Shown here in pieces: positions 18,914 through 31,368 of a stretch of DNA of 59,053 bases. Below the pieces are notes generated by a model. It did no database searches. It had not been told where the DNA came from and worked only from the letters and a program-made list of their open reading frames with translations. Source of the stretch: Marmoricola sp. (lineage in GTDB: Bacteria > Actinomycetota > Actinomycetes > Propionibacteriales > Nocardioidaceae); contig DASSLA010000020.1 in NCBI GenBank assembly GCA_035689885.1, forward strand, positions 1-59,053. Direction: 5' to 3'. Numbering within the stretch: the first letter of the stretch is position 1; every line of letters begins with the position of its first letter. The translations under genes were made by a program, and so were the position numbers.

Positions 18914-21037
18914 TCACCAGGCCTCGCGGCAGGCCCCCAGGTCGACCTTGACCTGCTCGCCGCGGTCGACGGTCACGGGCACCTCCTGCAACACCTGGCC
19001 GTCGCGCTCACAGGTCAGCGTCCAGCTCTCGACCAGGCCGGGGACCTCCTGCGACTGCACGACCTCGGAGTCGAACAGCGTCGCCGTGAGCTCGTACGTC
19101 GGCGCGGTGGAGGCGAAGTTGATGACCCGGAGCACGTAGTCGCCCGGGGTCGGCGCGGCGACCTCGGCGGACTCCTTCTCGCCGACGAAGTTGCCCGAGG
19201 AGCCGACCTGGGTGAGCGACCCCTCGGCGTCACGGCGGTAGACCTCGAGGTCCATGTCGTCCGGGGTCGGCCAGCCCAGGTCGACCTTCAACAGGTCCAT
19301 GTCGCTCTCGGTGACGGTGAACTCGTGGTCCACGCTCTGGCCAGGCGTCGTGGCAGCACCGGTCCACTCCTGCGAGCGCACCGGGGTGTCCTCGGTGATC
19401 TCGATCAGCTTCTTCTGGACCACCGGTCGGGTCGAGGGGTTGGTGTGCCAGGTGAACTCGCCGGACGGCCCCACCCGCATGGTGGTGTCGAGGGTGTCGG
19501 CGACCGAGCCGGACCAGGTCGGCGAGGAGAACTCCTTGTGCAGCCGGAGCGTCGCACCGGCGGGCGCCTCGCCGGTCAGCACCGAGTGGGTGGCGGTGTC
19601 GACGGTGTTCTCCAGCGCCTGCAGGTAGGCCTCGCGGTTGCCCTTGCCGGCGTACTCCCCCGCACCGAGGTACTCGTCGACGACCTCGGGGAACGGCGGG
19701 TGGAACTCGTTCGGACCGATCTCGAAGGTGTAGCCGAACCCGCCGGTGGCGTTGTAGGACCAGTCCTCGGTCGTGCCGGTGGTGTCGTAGAGCTCCCAGC
19801 CGTGGATGTTGGCGTAGCCGTTGGCCGCCGTCATCCGCGCTCCGAGCTCCTTGAGCGCCTCCTCGTCGGGTGCGTTGCCGACCGGCAGGCCGTCGTGGCC
19901 GATCGTGTCCGGGTGCACGCCGTTGGGGCGCAGCACCAGGTTGGAGAAGGTGTGGTTCGAGATCATCGTGGTGACCTGCCGGCCACTGATCAGGTCCCGG
20001 ATGTTCTTGGTCTCCGGCTCGGAGAACGGCGCCGCGCCGCGGTAGGTGGGGTCGGGGAACAGCTCCGAGGCCCCGGGCCCACCCCAGAAGCCGCCGTAGT
20101 TGCGGTTCAGGTCGATGCCCGCTCCGTAGCCGCCCGGGCTGGTGATGCTGCCGAGCCGGCAGCTGCCGTCGGGGGTGTCCTGCCCGTCGACCAGCCGGCA
20201 GTTCTTGCGCTTGTAGGCGTTGCCCGGGGTCGCCAGCACCGAGGTGGTGCCGCCCAGCGGGTCGGAGCCGTTCAGGTCGCGCAGGTCGATCGCCATTCCG
20301 TCGCGGCGGGACAGGTTGAACCCGTCGACGTTGACCACCGGTACGACGACGACGCGGGCCCGGTCGAGCAGGCCGGTGATCCGGGAGTCACTGCCGTAGT
20401 TCTTGACCAGGTCGTAGGCGAACTCCATGGCGAGCTCGCCCGAGGGCCACTCCCGAGCGTGGTGCACACCGAGCAGCACGAAGACGGGGCGGCCGTCCTC
20501 GGGCGCGTTGACGTCCTTGCCGATCTCGATGCCGTGGACGTCGCGGCCGTCGAGCGTCTGGCGCGGCAGGCGGAACCGCTTGGCGATGTCCGGCCGGATG
20601 TTCGCCAGCTGGCGCATGTCGTCGTTGTAGTCGGCGATCCCGCGGTACCGGTCCCGGCCCGACGGCAGCGGGGACCGGACCGTGGCCGCGGCGTACGCGT
20701 CGTTGGTGGCGTTGTTCTGCGCCTCGCGCGCGGTCAGGTCGGCGATGCGGACCTGGTGGTCGAGACCCGAGCCGCGCAGCCGGTCGAGGTCGAGCGGGTT
20801 GTGCAGGACGACCTCGACGTAGTCCCGGCCGGCGTGCTCGGTGAGGTCGAGCCCGAGGCGCTGCAGCCTGGCCCGGTCGGCCCGCGTCGGCGTCTCGACC
20901 TTGACGAGGCGTGGCGCGAAGACCGAGTCGGCACCCTGGGCCGGCGTCCCCGTGACGGCGGGGACGAGCGCTCCCAGCAGGAACGTGCCGACGGCGGCTA
21001 CGGCGAGGTGGCGAAGACGGGACGACGTGCGACGCAT
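18914..21037 (-). CDS. Secreted M14 zinc carboxypeptidase with C-terminal PPC-like domain
   Basis: Signal peptide; HHAREW, NVDG, DLNRN, FSEPET, SNHTF, TFEIG; DMDLEVY...ESAEVAAPTPGDYVLRV. Confidence 0.88.
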   Translation of the reverse strand: MRRTSSRLRHLAVAAVGTFLLGALVPAVTGTPAQGADSVFAPRLVKVETPTRADRARLQRLGLDLTEHAGRDYVEVVLHNPLDLDRLRGSGLDHQVRIADLTAREAQNNATNDAYAAATVRSPLPSGRDRYRGIADYNDDMRQLANIRPDIAKRFRLPRQTLDGRDVHGIEIGKDVNAPEDGRPVFVLLGVHHAREWPSGELAMEFAYDLVKNYGSDSRITGLLDRARVVVVPVVNVDGFNLSRRDGMAIDLRDLNGSDPLGGTTSVLATPGNAYKRKNCRLVDGQDTPDGSCRLGSITSPGGYGAGIDLNRNYGGFWGGPGASELFPDPTYRGAAPFSEPETKNIRDLISGRQVTTMISNHTFSNLVLRPNGVHPDTIGHDGLPVGNAPDEEALKELGARMTAANGYANIHGWELYDTTGTTEDWSYNATGGFGYTFEIGPNEFHPPFPEVVDEYLGAGEYAGKGNREAYLQALENTVDTATHSVLTGEAPAGATLRLHKEFSSPTWSGSVADTLDTTMRVGPSGEFTWHTNPSTRPVVQKKLIEITEDTPVRSQEWTGAATTPGQSVDHEFTVTESDMDLLKVDLGWPTPDDMDLEVYRRDAEGSLTQVGSSGNFVGEKESAEVAAPTPGDYVLRVINFASTAPTYELTATLFDSEVVQSQEVPGLVESWTLTCERDGQVLQEVPVTVDRGEQVKVDLGACREAW

Positions 21038-21095
21038 GGGCACTCCTGCGGTTCGGGTGACCGCATCAACGACCCGTGGCGACGAGGGTCACGCG

Positions 21096-21404
21096 TCACC
21101 CCTCGCGCAGGCGCTCCTCCACCCGCTCCACCTTGGCGGTCAGCTGCCCGTCGTACCCCGGCCGGATGTCTGCCTTGAGCACCAGCCCGACCCGTGGGGA
21201 GCGGGCGGCGACGGCGTCGACGGCCTGCTTGACGACGGCCATCACCTCGTGCCACTCCCCCTCGATGTTGGTGAACATCGCGTTGGTCTCGCAGGGCAGG
21301 CCCGACTCGCGGATGATGCGTACGGCGTCCGCGACGGCCGCGCTGACGCCGCCGTCGACACTCTCCGGATCCGGGGACGGACTGATGCTGACGGCGACGA
21401 TCAT
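21096..21404 (-). CDS. MTH1187/DUF77 thiamine-binding family protein
   Basis: ETNAMFTNIEGEW, LKADIRPG, KVERVE. Confidence 0.85.
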   Translation of the reverse strand: MIVAVSISPSPDPESVDGGVSAAVADAVRIIRESGLPCETNAMFTNIEGEWHEVMAVVKQAVDAVAARSPRVGLVLKADIRPGYDGQLTAKVERVEERLREG

Positions 21405-21410
21405 GCGAGG

Positions 21411-24236
<2,826 letters not shown>

Positions 24237-24319
24237 GGTTCTCCTCGAGGCTCGGGTCTGGCTGCCCATCTTGCCCACCGGGGTGGACGCCACGAAAGTG
24301 AGGCAACCCTTCGTCCAAC

Positions 24320-24337
24320 TATCTTGATGTCAAGATA
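24320..24337. promoter_or_regulatory. 18-bp palindromic operator upstream of acnA (TamR/UrtR MarR-type)
   Basis: TATCTTGA-TG-TCAAGATA perfect 8-bp IR; resembles recalled TamR/PecS-type sites, and TamR is known to control aconitase in Streptomyces. Confidence 0.7.
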
Positions 24338-24380
24338 TCAGGGGTCTGGGTGGCGGGTCCCAGTGGGTGTCGGTTCGGCT

Positions 24381-24435
24381 TTCCGAACAGGCCGTACCCG
24401 ACACGCCGCGAGACGTGTGCGTGGTGTTCGGATCG
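24381..24435 (+). repeat. Left 55-bp hairpin repeat (CGACACGCCG core)
   Basis: TCCGAACA...TGTTCGGA self-hairpin; 44/55 gap-free identity (hand count) to reverse complement of 25559-25613. Confidence 0.8.
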
Positions 24436-24489
24436 TGGGCTGTGGACGCACGTTCGCGCACACACGCGTGTCTCGGCAAGGTTCGTCCC

Positions 24490-25555
24490 GTGAGCCATCG
24501 TTGGGACCCGATCGCTCCCCATCCCGGGAAGCTGGTCCGTCCCGTCCGCGTCGACCCCTCGGGCGCCGCGGGTCCGACCCGACGACAGGCTGCGGGTCGC
24601 TACTGGCGGCGTACGTCGGCCGGCTTCTACGTCCCCGCCGACACCCCGATCGACCTGCCCGAGCAACGCATCATGGAGCAATGGGTGCGGCTACCACCTG
24701 ACGGCGCTGTCGCGGGATGGGCCGCCTGCCGGCCGCACCGCGCGACCTTCTTCGACGGACTGGCCGACGACGGCCGCACCCGTGTCCCGGTGCCGCTCAA
24801 CGTCGGTCCTCGTGGCGGGTTGCGCAAGGACGCGGACGCGGTGGCGTGCTTCCAACACCTGCGCGGAGAGGACCGCGCCACCCGCTACGGGACCCCGACC
24901 GTGACCCCTGCGTGCGACGTACGACGCCGTCAGCCTGGCGACCGAACCCCGCCGGGCGGTGGTGGCGATCGACATGATGGCCGCGGTCGAGCTGGTGTCC
25001 CTGCGCATGCTGGCCGACTACCTGGAGGTGGTCGGCGCGGGGAGGACCTCGGTGGCGCGGTGGGCACTCGGCCTCGCCTCCGAGCACTCCCGCTCTCCGC
25101 GCGAGGTGCAGCTGCGGCTGGTGTGGCTCCTCGATGCGGGCCTTCCACGCCCCCTGGTCAACTGTCCTGTCCTGGACCTCTCGGGTCGCCTGCTGGGGAT
25201 CGCAGACCTCCTCGACGAGACGGCCGGGCTGGTGGTCGAGTTCGACGGCGGGGAGCACCGGCGCGCGAGACGACACGCGAAGGACCTCGGCAAGGACGAG
25301 AAGCTGCGTCGTGTCGGTCTCGAGGTCACCCGCGTCTCCGGCCCCGACCTCGCCGACACCGGCCTCGTGGTCGACCGGCTGATGGCCGCGCGGCGCCGCG
25401 CGCTCCTCCAGTCGCCCGAGGAACGCAGATGGGTGGCGGTGCCGCCTGATGACGACCTGCACGACCGGATCCTGGTGCGCGAGGCCATGCATGCCCAGCA
25501 CGAGCACTGGGCCGACCTGCCGGTCCCGGACATCCGCGAGATCAGAGGGTTCTGA
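24490..25555 (+). pseudogene. AbiEi-like/DUF559 (Vsr-like PD-(D/E)XK) endonuclease family gene, frameshifted near 24910
   Basis: Frame 1 gives N-half (WRRTSAGFYVP, AVAGWAAC); the next frame continues RATYDAV...SRSPREVQLRL...ADLL...VVEFDGGEH...DEKLRRVGLEVTRV. Confidence 0.75.
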
Positions 25556-25558
25556 GCG

Positions 25559-25613
25559 CGTTCCGAACACCAGGCACTCGTCGTACGGCGTGTCGCGTGC
25601 AGCACGTTCGGAA
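25559..25613 (-). repeat. Right 55-bp hairpin repeat (CGGCGTGTCG core)
   Basis: CGTTCCGAAC...GTTCGGAACG self-hairpin; inverted copy of 24381-24435, starts 3 nt after the nuclease stop. Confidence 0.8.
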
Positions 25614-25636
25614 CGTGAAGCGGCGACGGGCCGACC

Positions 25637-26770
25637 TCAGCCGCGCACCACGCGGGCCACGCACTCGACGTGGTGCGTCATCGGGAACAGGTCGAAGGCA
25701 CGCAGCACGTCGAGGTGGTAGCCGTGCTCCGCGAAGTAGTTGAGGTCCCTCGCCAGGGCGGCCGGGTCGCACGCCACGTAGACCACGGCGCGGGGCTCCA
25801 GCGCGGCGATCGCACGGACCACGGGGCGCTTCGCTCCGACCCGGGGCGGGTCGAGCACCACGAGGTCGGCGGGACCGACTCCACGGGCGAGGACCCGGTC
25901 GACGCGGCCGCTGACCACCCGCACCTGCGGCAGGTCGGCGAGGTTGTCGCGCGCATGGGACGCGGCGGTGCGGTCACCCTCGACCGCACGCACCGTCCCC
26001 TCGGCTCCGACCGCTTCGGCGAGGAAGCCGGCGAACAGCCCGACGCCGGCGTAGAGGTCGAGCACCCGCTCCCCCGGCTGCGGAGCGGCCACCTCCCGGA
26101 CGCAGTCGACCAGCGTGCGTGGCGCCGCCACGTGCGGCTGCCAGAACCCGTCGGCCGCGACCGCGAACCGGCGCGTGCCCACGGAGGTCGAGACCTGCTC
26201 GACCACCGTCCCCGGCTCGGGCTCACGGGCCTGCGGGTGGGCGATCAGGCACCGGTCGATCGGCACCACGTCGTGCGAGCGGTGCCGGCGCAGTCCCCTG
26301 CCACCGCCGGGGAGGTGGACGTACTGCATCCGCGTGCGCCACCCGAGCCCGTCGGTGCCGGCGGCCGCGCCGTGCACGGGCACCTCCTCGACGACCACCT
26401 CGCGCTCGATGCCCGCGAGCCGCGCGAGCTGCTCCTCGACCACGGCCGCCTTCAGCCGGCGCTGCTCGGCGAGCTCCACGTGCTGGAAGTCGCAGCCGCC
26501 ACAGGCACCGGGGCCGGCGTACGGGCAGGGCGGCACCACCCGGTGGGGCGACGGCTCGTGCACCTCGATCGCGTCGCCGCGCAGGTAGCGGCCGCTGTCC
26601 TCGGTGATCTCGACGGTCACCCGCTCCCCCGGCAACGCGTGCCGGACGAACACCACCCGACCTCCGGGGCGGGCGACGAAGTGGCCACCGTGGGCCACGG
26701 GTCCCACCTCGACCTCGACCCGCCGGCCCGCCACGTCGCCGGCGGGCAGGGCGTCCCCGGGTTCCGTCAC
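25637..26770 (-). CDS. TRAM-domain RNA (uracil-5)-methyltransferase, RlmD/TrmA family
   Basis: TRAM (FVRHALPGE), CPYAGPGACGGCDFQH, FWQPH, LDLYAGVGLF, DPPR, YVACDP, DLFPMTHHVEC. Confidence 0.92.
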   Translation of the reverse strand: MTEPGDALPAGDVAGRRVEVEVGPVAHGGHFVARPGGRVVFVRHALPGERVTVEITEDSGRYLRGDAIEVHEPSPHRVVPPCPYAGPGACGGCDFQHVELAEQRRLKAAVVEEQLARLAGIEREVVVEEVPVHGAAAGTDGLGWRTRMQYVHLPGGGRGLRRHRSHDVVPIDRCLIAHPQAREPEPGTVVEQVSTSVGTRRFAVAADGFWQPHVAAPRTLVDCVREVAAPQPGERVLDLYAGVGLFAGFLAEAVGAEGTVRAVEGDRTAASHARDNLADLPQVRVVSGRVDRVLARGVGPADLVVLDPPRVGAKRPVVRAIAALEPRAVVYVACDPAALARDLNYFAEHGYHLDVLRAFDLFPMTHHVECVARVVRG

Positions 26771-28785
26771 GGCAAGCGCCCGCGGCGTACGTCCCCGGGA
26801 CGAGGTCGCTGGTACTCCCACTCATCTCGCTCGCGGGCAACCTCGGAGCCGCGCAGCTGGTAGGGCACCGAGGTCACCATCACGCCGGGTGTGAACAGCA
26901 GGCGTCCCTTGAGGCGCAGCGCGGTCTGGTTGTGCAGCAGTTGCTCCCACCAGTGACCGACGACGTACTCCGGGATGTAGACCGCGACCACGCCACGCGG
27001 GTTCGCCTGGCGCAGCTCCTTGGCGTAGTCGACGATCGGCCGGATGATCTCGCGGTACGGCGAGTGCAGCGTCTTGAGCGGTACGTCGATGCGGCGGGCG
27101 TCCCACTCCTCCACGAGCCGGTCGGCCTCGCGCAGGTCGACCGCGACGTAGACCGCCTCGAGCAGGTTGGGACGGGTCGCCTTCGCGTAGGCGAGGGCGC
27201 GCATCGTCGGCTTGTGCAGCTTGGAGACCAGCACGATCGCGTGCACACGGGTGGGGAGGAACGGGTCGCTCTCGGCGATCTCGAGCTCGCGCGCCACCCG
27301 GTCGTAGTGGCTGCGGATGCGGGTCATGATCGTGAAGAACGCCGCCATCGCCAGGATCGTGATCCAGGCGCCGGCGAGGAACTTCGTGATCAGCACGATC
27401 ACCAGCACGGTCGCGGTCATGCCCAGCCCGAAGGTGTTGATGACGCGCGAGCGCATCATCCGGTAGCGCTCCGCGGGATTCTGCTCGGTCTGCAGGTGGC
27501 GGGTCCAGTGCCGGATCATCCCGAGCTGGCTCAGCGTGAAGGACACGAACACACCGACGATGTAGAGCTGGATCAGCCGGGTCGTCTGCGCGTCGAAGAG
27601 CCAGATGAGCACGACGGCGAGCACCGCCAGGAAGACGATGCCGTTGCTGTAGGCCAGCCGGTCGCCGCGGGCACCGAGCGCGCGAGGGGCCAGGCCGTCC
27701 TTGGCGAGGATCGACCCGAGCACCGGGAACCCGTTGAAGGCCGTGTTGGCGGCGAGCACGAGGATCACCCCGGTCACGGTCACCACGAAGTAGAAGCCCG
27801 GCGGGAAGTCGTCGAAGATCGCCCTGGCCAGCTGGGCGATCACCGCGTCCTGGCTGAAGCCCTCGGGGACCGGGGAGCCGTCGGCCTGGCGCAGGCGGTC
27901 GAGGTGGTGCGGGTCGACGTACTGCAGCCCCATCTGTCGGGCCAGCATGATCACGCTGAGCATCATCGTGACGGCGATCAGCCCGAGCATCAGCAGTGTG
28001 GTCGCGGCGTTCTGGCTCTTCGGCTTGCGGAACGCGGGGACACCGTTGGAGATGGCCTCGACCCCGGTCAGTGCCGCGCAGCCCGACGAGAACGCCCGCG
28101 CCAGCAGGAAGACCAGGCCGATCGTGGTGAGCGGCTGCTCCCAGCCCTCCTCGGGGATGATCTCCAGCGACGCGCTGGCCACCTGGGGAAGGGTGCCGCC
28201 CAGCAGCTGCATCAGCCCGTAGGCGCACATCCCCAGCACCGCGAACATGAAGAGGTACGTCGGGACCGCGAAGAAATTGGCCGACTCACGGACCCCGCGC
28301 AGGTTCATCGCGGTGAGCAGCAGCACCAGACCGCTGGCGACGAGCACCTCGTGACCGGTGAGGAACGGGATGGCGGCCGAGGCGTACTGCGACGCGGACG
28401 AGATGGACACCGCCACCGTCAGCACGTAGTCGACGAGCAGTGCGCTGGCCACCGTGGTGCCGGCGGTGAGCCCGAGGTTGACCGTGGCGACCTCGTAGTC
28501 ACCACCGCCCGACGGGTAGGCGTGCACGGTCTGGCGGTAGGACATCACCACGGTCAGCAGCACCACGGCCACCGCCAGCCCGATCCGCCAGGACCATACG
28601 TAGGTGGTCGCCCCGGCGATGCCGAGCATGATGAAGATCTCGTCCGGTGCGTACGCCACGGACGACAGCGCGTCACTGGCGAAGACCGGGAGTGCGACGC
28701 GCTTGGGGAGCAGCGTCTCGCCGACCTGGGAGCTCCGGAGCTTGCGTCCGAGCAGCACACGCTTCGAGACGTTTCCGATGCCCAC
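26767..28785 (-). CDS. APC family permease (KimA/Rv2690c-like putative K+ importer)
   Basis: FASDALSSVAY, AYPSGGG, ALTGVEAISNG; about 12 TM plus cytosolic C-domain; divergent to trkA pair. Confidence 0.88.
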   Translation of the reverse strand: MGIGNVSKRVLLGRKLRSSQVGETLLPKRVALPVFASDALSSVAYAPDEIFIMLGIAGATTYVWSWRIGLAVAVVLLTVVMSYRQTVHAYPSGGGDYEVATVNLGLTAGTTVASALLVDYVLTVAVSISSASQYASAAIPFLTGHEVLVASGLVLLLTAMNLRGVRESANFFAVPTYLFMFAVLGMCAYGLMQLLGGTLPQVASASLEIIPEEGWEQPLTTIGLVFLLARAFSSGCAALTGVEAISNGVPAFRKPKSQNAATTLLMLGLIAVTMMLSVIMLARQMGLQYVDPHHLDRLRQADGSPVPEGFSQDAVIAQLARAIFDDFPPGFYFVVTVTGVILVLAANTAFNGFPVLGSILAKDGLAPRALGARGDRLAYSNGIVFLAVLAVVLIWLFDAQTTRLIQLYIVGVFVSFTLSQLGMIRHWTRHLQTEQNPAERYRMMRSRVINTFGLGMTATVLVIVLITKFLAGAWITILAMAAFFTIMTRIRSHYDRVARELEIAESDPFLPTRVHAIVLVSKLHKPTMRALAYAKATRPNLLEAVYVAVDLREADRLVEEWDARRIDVPLKTLHSPYREIIRPIVDYAKELRQANPRGVVAVYIPEYVVGHWWEQLLHNQTALRLKGRLLFTPGVMVTSVPYQLRGSEVARERDEWEYQRPRPGDVRRGRLP

Positions 28786-28843
28786 ACGGCGAGGCTAGAG
28801 CACCTGCGACCGCACCGCGCACGGACGCACTAGTGTGGCCGCT

Positions 28844-29512
28844 GTGCACGTCGTGATCATGGGCTGCGGCCGGGTCGGCTCGACCCTCGCCAGGAGCCTC
28901 GAGAAGCGCAACCACACGGTGAGCGTGATCGACAACAACCCCGACGCCTTCCGGCGGCTGGGGCCGGGGTTCAACGGCACCAAGGTCACCGGCTACGGCT
29001 TCGACCAGGGGGTGCTCACCGAGGCCGGCATCCAGCGGGCCGACGCCTTCGCCGCCGTCAGCAGCGGTGACAACTCCAACATCATCGCCGCCCGCGTGGC
29101 CCGGGAGAGCTTCGGCATCCAGCAGGTCGTCGCGCGCATCTACGACCCCGGGCGCGCCGAGGTCTACCAGCGTCTCGGCATCACCACCGTGGCCACGGTG
29201 AAGTGGACGGCCGACCAGGTGCTTCGCCGAATCCTGCCCGCCGGGGCCGAGCCCAACTTCCGCGACCCGTCCGGGACGATCCGCCTCGACCAGGTGCCGG
29301 TCCCCGACATCTGGGTGGCCGAGCCGACCATCCGGCTGCAGCAGCAGACCAAGAGCCGGATCGCGTGGATCGACCGGCTCGGCGAGGGCATGCTCCCCCA
29401 GCGCGACACCGTGCTGCAGGAGGGCGACATCCTGCACCTCGTGATGCGCGAGGAGAACGCCGGCGGTGTCTACGACCGGCTCAAGAGCGGTCCGGCGGAG
29501 GAGGAGGACTAG
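28844..29512 (+). CDS. trkA: TrkA-family K+ uptake regulator (CeoB-like)
   Basis: IMGCGRVG, SSGDNSNI, ARIYDP. Confidence 0.9.
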   Translation: MHVVIMGCGRVGSTLARSLEKRNHTVSVIDNNPDAFRRLGPGFNGTKVTGYGFDQGVLTEAGIQRADAFAAVSSGDNSNIIAARVARESFGIQQVVARIYDPGRAEVYQRLGITTVATVKWTADQVLRRILPAGAEPNFRDPSGTIRLDQVPVPDIWVAEPTIRLQQQTKSRIAWIDRLGEGMLPQRDTVLQEGDILHLVMREENAGGVYDRLKSGPAEEED

Positions 29513-29514
29513 CG

Positions 29515-30198
29515 ATGAGAGTCGCCATCACCGGGGCCGGCGCCGTCGGCCGCTCCATCGCGAGCGAGCTGATCACCAACGGCCACGAGGTGCTGCTGAT
29601 CGACAAGGCGCCCACCGCGATCAAGCCCGACCGGGTCCCTGACGCCGAGTGGCTGCTCGCCGACTCCTGCGAGATGTCCTCCCTCGAGGAGGCGCGGCTG
29701 CAGGAGTGCGACGTCGTGATCGCCGCGACCGGCGACGACAAGGTCAACCTGGTCACGTCGCTGCTCGCCAAGACCGAGTTCGGGGTGCCGCGCACCGTGG
29801 CGCGGGTCAACCACCCCAACAACGAGTGGCTGTTCACCGAGGCCTGGGGCGTCGACGTCAACGTCTCCACCCCGCGGATCATGTCGGCGCTGGTCGAGGA
29901 GGCGGTCACGGTCGGCGACCTCGTCCGGCTGTTCACCTTCCGCCAGGGCAACGCCAACCTGGTCGAGATGACGATGCCGGCCGACTCGCCCTTCGTCGGC
30001 AAGCCCGCGGGCCTGGTGCCGTTCCCGGAGAACTGCGCGCTCGTCACCATCCTGCGCGACGGGCAGGTCTACCGCCCCGACCCCGAGCAGCCCATCGAGT
30101 CCGGCGACGAGCTGCTGTTCGTCGTACCGGCCGAGATCGAGGAGGAGCTCGAGCGCCTGCTGGCGCCCTCTGAGCACGGACCCCGTCCGACTCGCTGA
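29515..30198 (+). CDS. trkA: TrkA-family K+ uptake regulator (CeoC-like)
   Basis: GAGAVGRSIA, ATGDDKVNL, NEWLFTEAWGVD. Confidence 0.9.
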   Translation: MRVAITGAGAVGRSIASELITNGHEVLLIDKAPTAIKPDRVPDAEWLLADSCEMSSLEEARLQECDVVIAATGDDKVNLVTSLLAKTEFGVPRTVARVNHPNNEWLFTEAWGVDVNVSTPRIMSALVEEAVTVGDLVRLFTFRQGNANLVEMTMPADSPFVGKPAGLVPFPENCALVTILRDGQVYRPDPEQPIESGDELLFVVPAEIEEELERLLAPSEHGPRPTR

Positions 30199-30215
30199 GG
30201 CGCAGGCCTGAAGCC

Positions 30216-30947
30216 TCAGGCCGGCCCCGTCCCGGAGGCGTGCCCGCCCAGGTCGGGCTCGGGCTCGCCGGGGGCGATCGGGGTGTGGTCGCGGGTCAGC
30301 AGCCACACCATGGCGGCGAGTGCGGCCACCTGCAGCGGCCAGCCCATCGCGAGCTTGGCCACGCCGAGTGCGGCGACCGCCGAGTCGGTGTCCCACCAGC
30401 CGTTGCGACCCGCGAGGTAGATCGGCGTCTGCACCACCACCCGGACGATGCACGGCAGTGCGAGGAGCCAGGTGAGCCGGGTGCACAGCTGGACCACCTT
30501 GGGGTCGGAGTGCCACGCGGTCGGGTCGCCGGCGACGCTGCCGACCAGGAACCCCATGATCGGCCAGCGCACCATGATGGTGAGCACCATGACCGCGGCG
30601 TACCCGGCGTTGTAGATGATCCCGGGCAGGAAGTAGGCGAGCGCCGCCTCCCCCTCATCCGCTCCACCACGGGTGGCGCGCCAGGCGAACAGGGCGCCGA
30701 TGCCGATGCCCACGAGGGCGTTGAGCACGAACTGGACAGAGCTGCGCTGCACGAGGCGCACGACGAGCAGGACCGCCGCGCACCCGACGCTCACCATGAT
30801 CGCGAGGCGCAGGTCATGGACGGTCAGGAAGATGACGGTGAACGCGATCGTCGGCACGGCCGCCTCGAGCATGCCGCGGGTGCCGCCGAGCGCCTTGGAG
30901 AGCTGCTCGCGGACCACTCTCTCCACCGTGTGCGTGGTGGTGGTCAC
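30216..30947 (-). CDS. DUF3159 membrane protein
   Basis: LGGTRGMLE, YFLPGI, KLAMGWPL; conserved position between trkA and dut. Confidence 0.8.
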   Translation of the reverse strand: MTTTTHTVERVVREQLSKALGGTRGMLEAAVPTIAFTVIFLTVHDLRLAIMVSVGCAAVLLVVRLVQRSSVQFVLNALVGIGIGALFAWRATRGGADEGEAALAYFLPGIIYNAGYAAVMVLTIMVRWPIMGFLVGSVAGDPTAWHSDPKVVQLCTRLTWLLALPCIVRVVVQTPIYLAGRNGWWDTDSAVAALGVAKLAMGWPLQVAALAAMVWLLTRDHTPIAPGEPEPDLGGHASGTGPA

Positions 30948-31319
30948 TCAGGCCTGCCGGATCTCGTAGCGGGGGTTGTAGAGCACCCGGACACCGTCCT
31001 GCACCCCGATGCGCCCCTGCACCCGGATGGTGCGGCCGGGCGTGATCCCCCCGATGCGACGCCGGCCGAGCCACACCACGTGGAGCACGCCGGTGCCGTC
31101 GTAGAGCTCCGCCTCGAGGGCGGGTACGCCGCCCCGCGGCCGCAGCGTCACGGTGCGCAGAGCCCCCTGCACCACGACCATCTCCCGGTCGGGGGCCTCG
31201 GCGATGCTGACCAGCCCGGCCTTGACGGCGTGCTTGCGCAGCTCACGCGCCTCTTCCTCCTCCTGGTTGGCCCAGCGGCTGATCGAGGCGCGCAGCCGGC
31301 TCAGTGGACGGTCGGCCAT
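30948..31319 (-). CDS. OB-fold nucleic-acid-binding protein
   Basis: ELYDGTG..VWLGRRRIGGI..YNPRYEI. Confidence 0.85.
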   Translation of the reverse strand: MADRPLSRLRASISRWANQEEEEARELRKHAVKAGLVSIAEAPDREMVVVQGALRTVTLRPRGGVPALEAELYDGTGVLHVVWLGRRRIGGITPGRTIRVQGRIGVQDGVRVLYNPRYEIRQA

Positions 31320-31368
31320 GGCGGCAGCGTAGTCGTCGGCGAGGTCGGCGGGAGGCAGTGCGTCGGCC

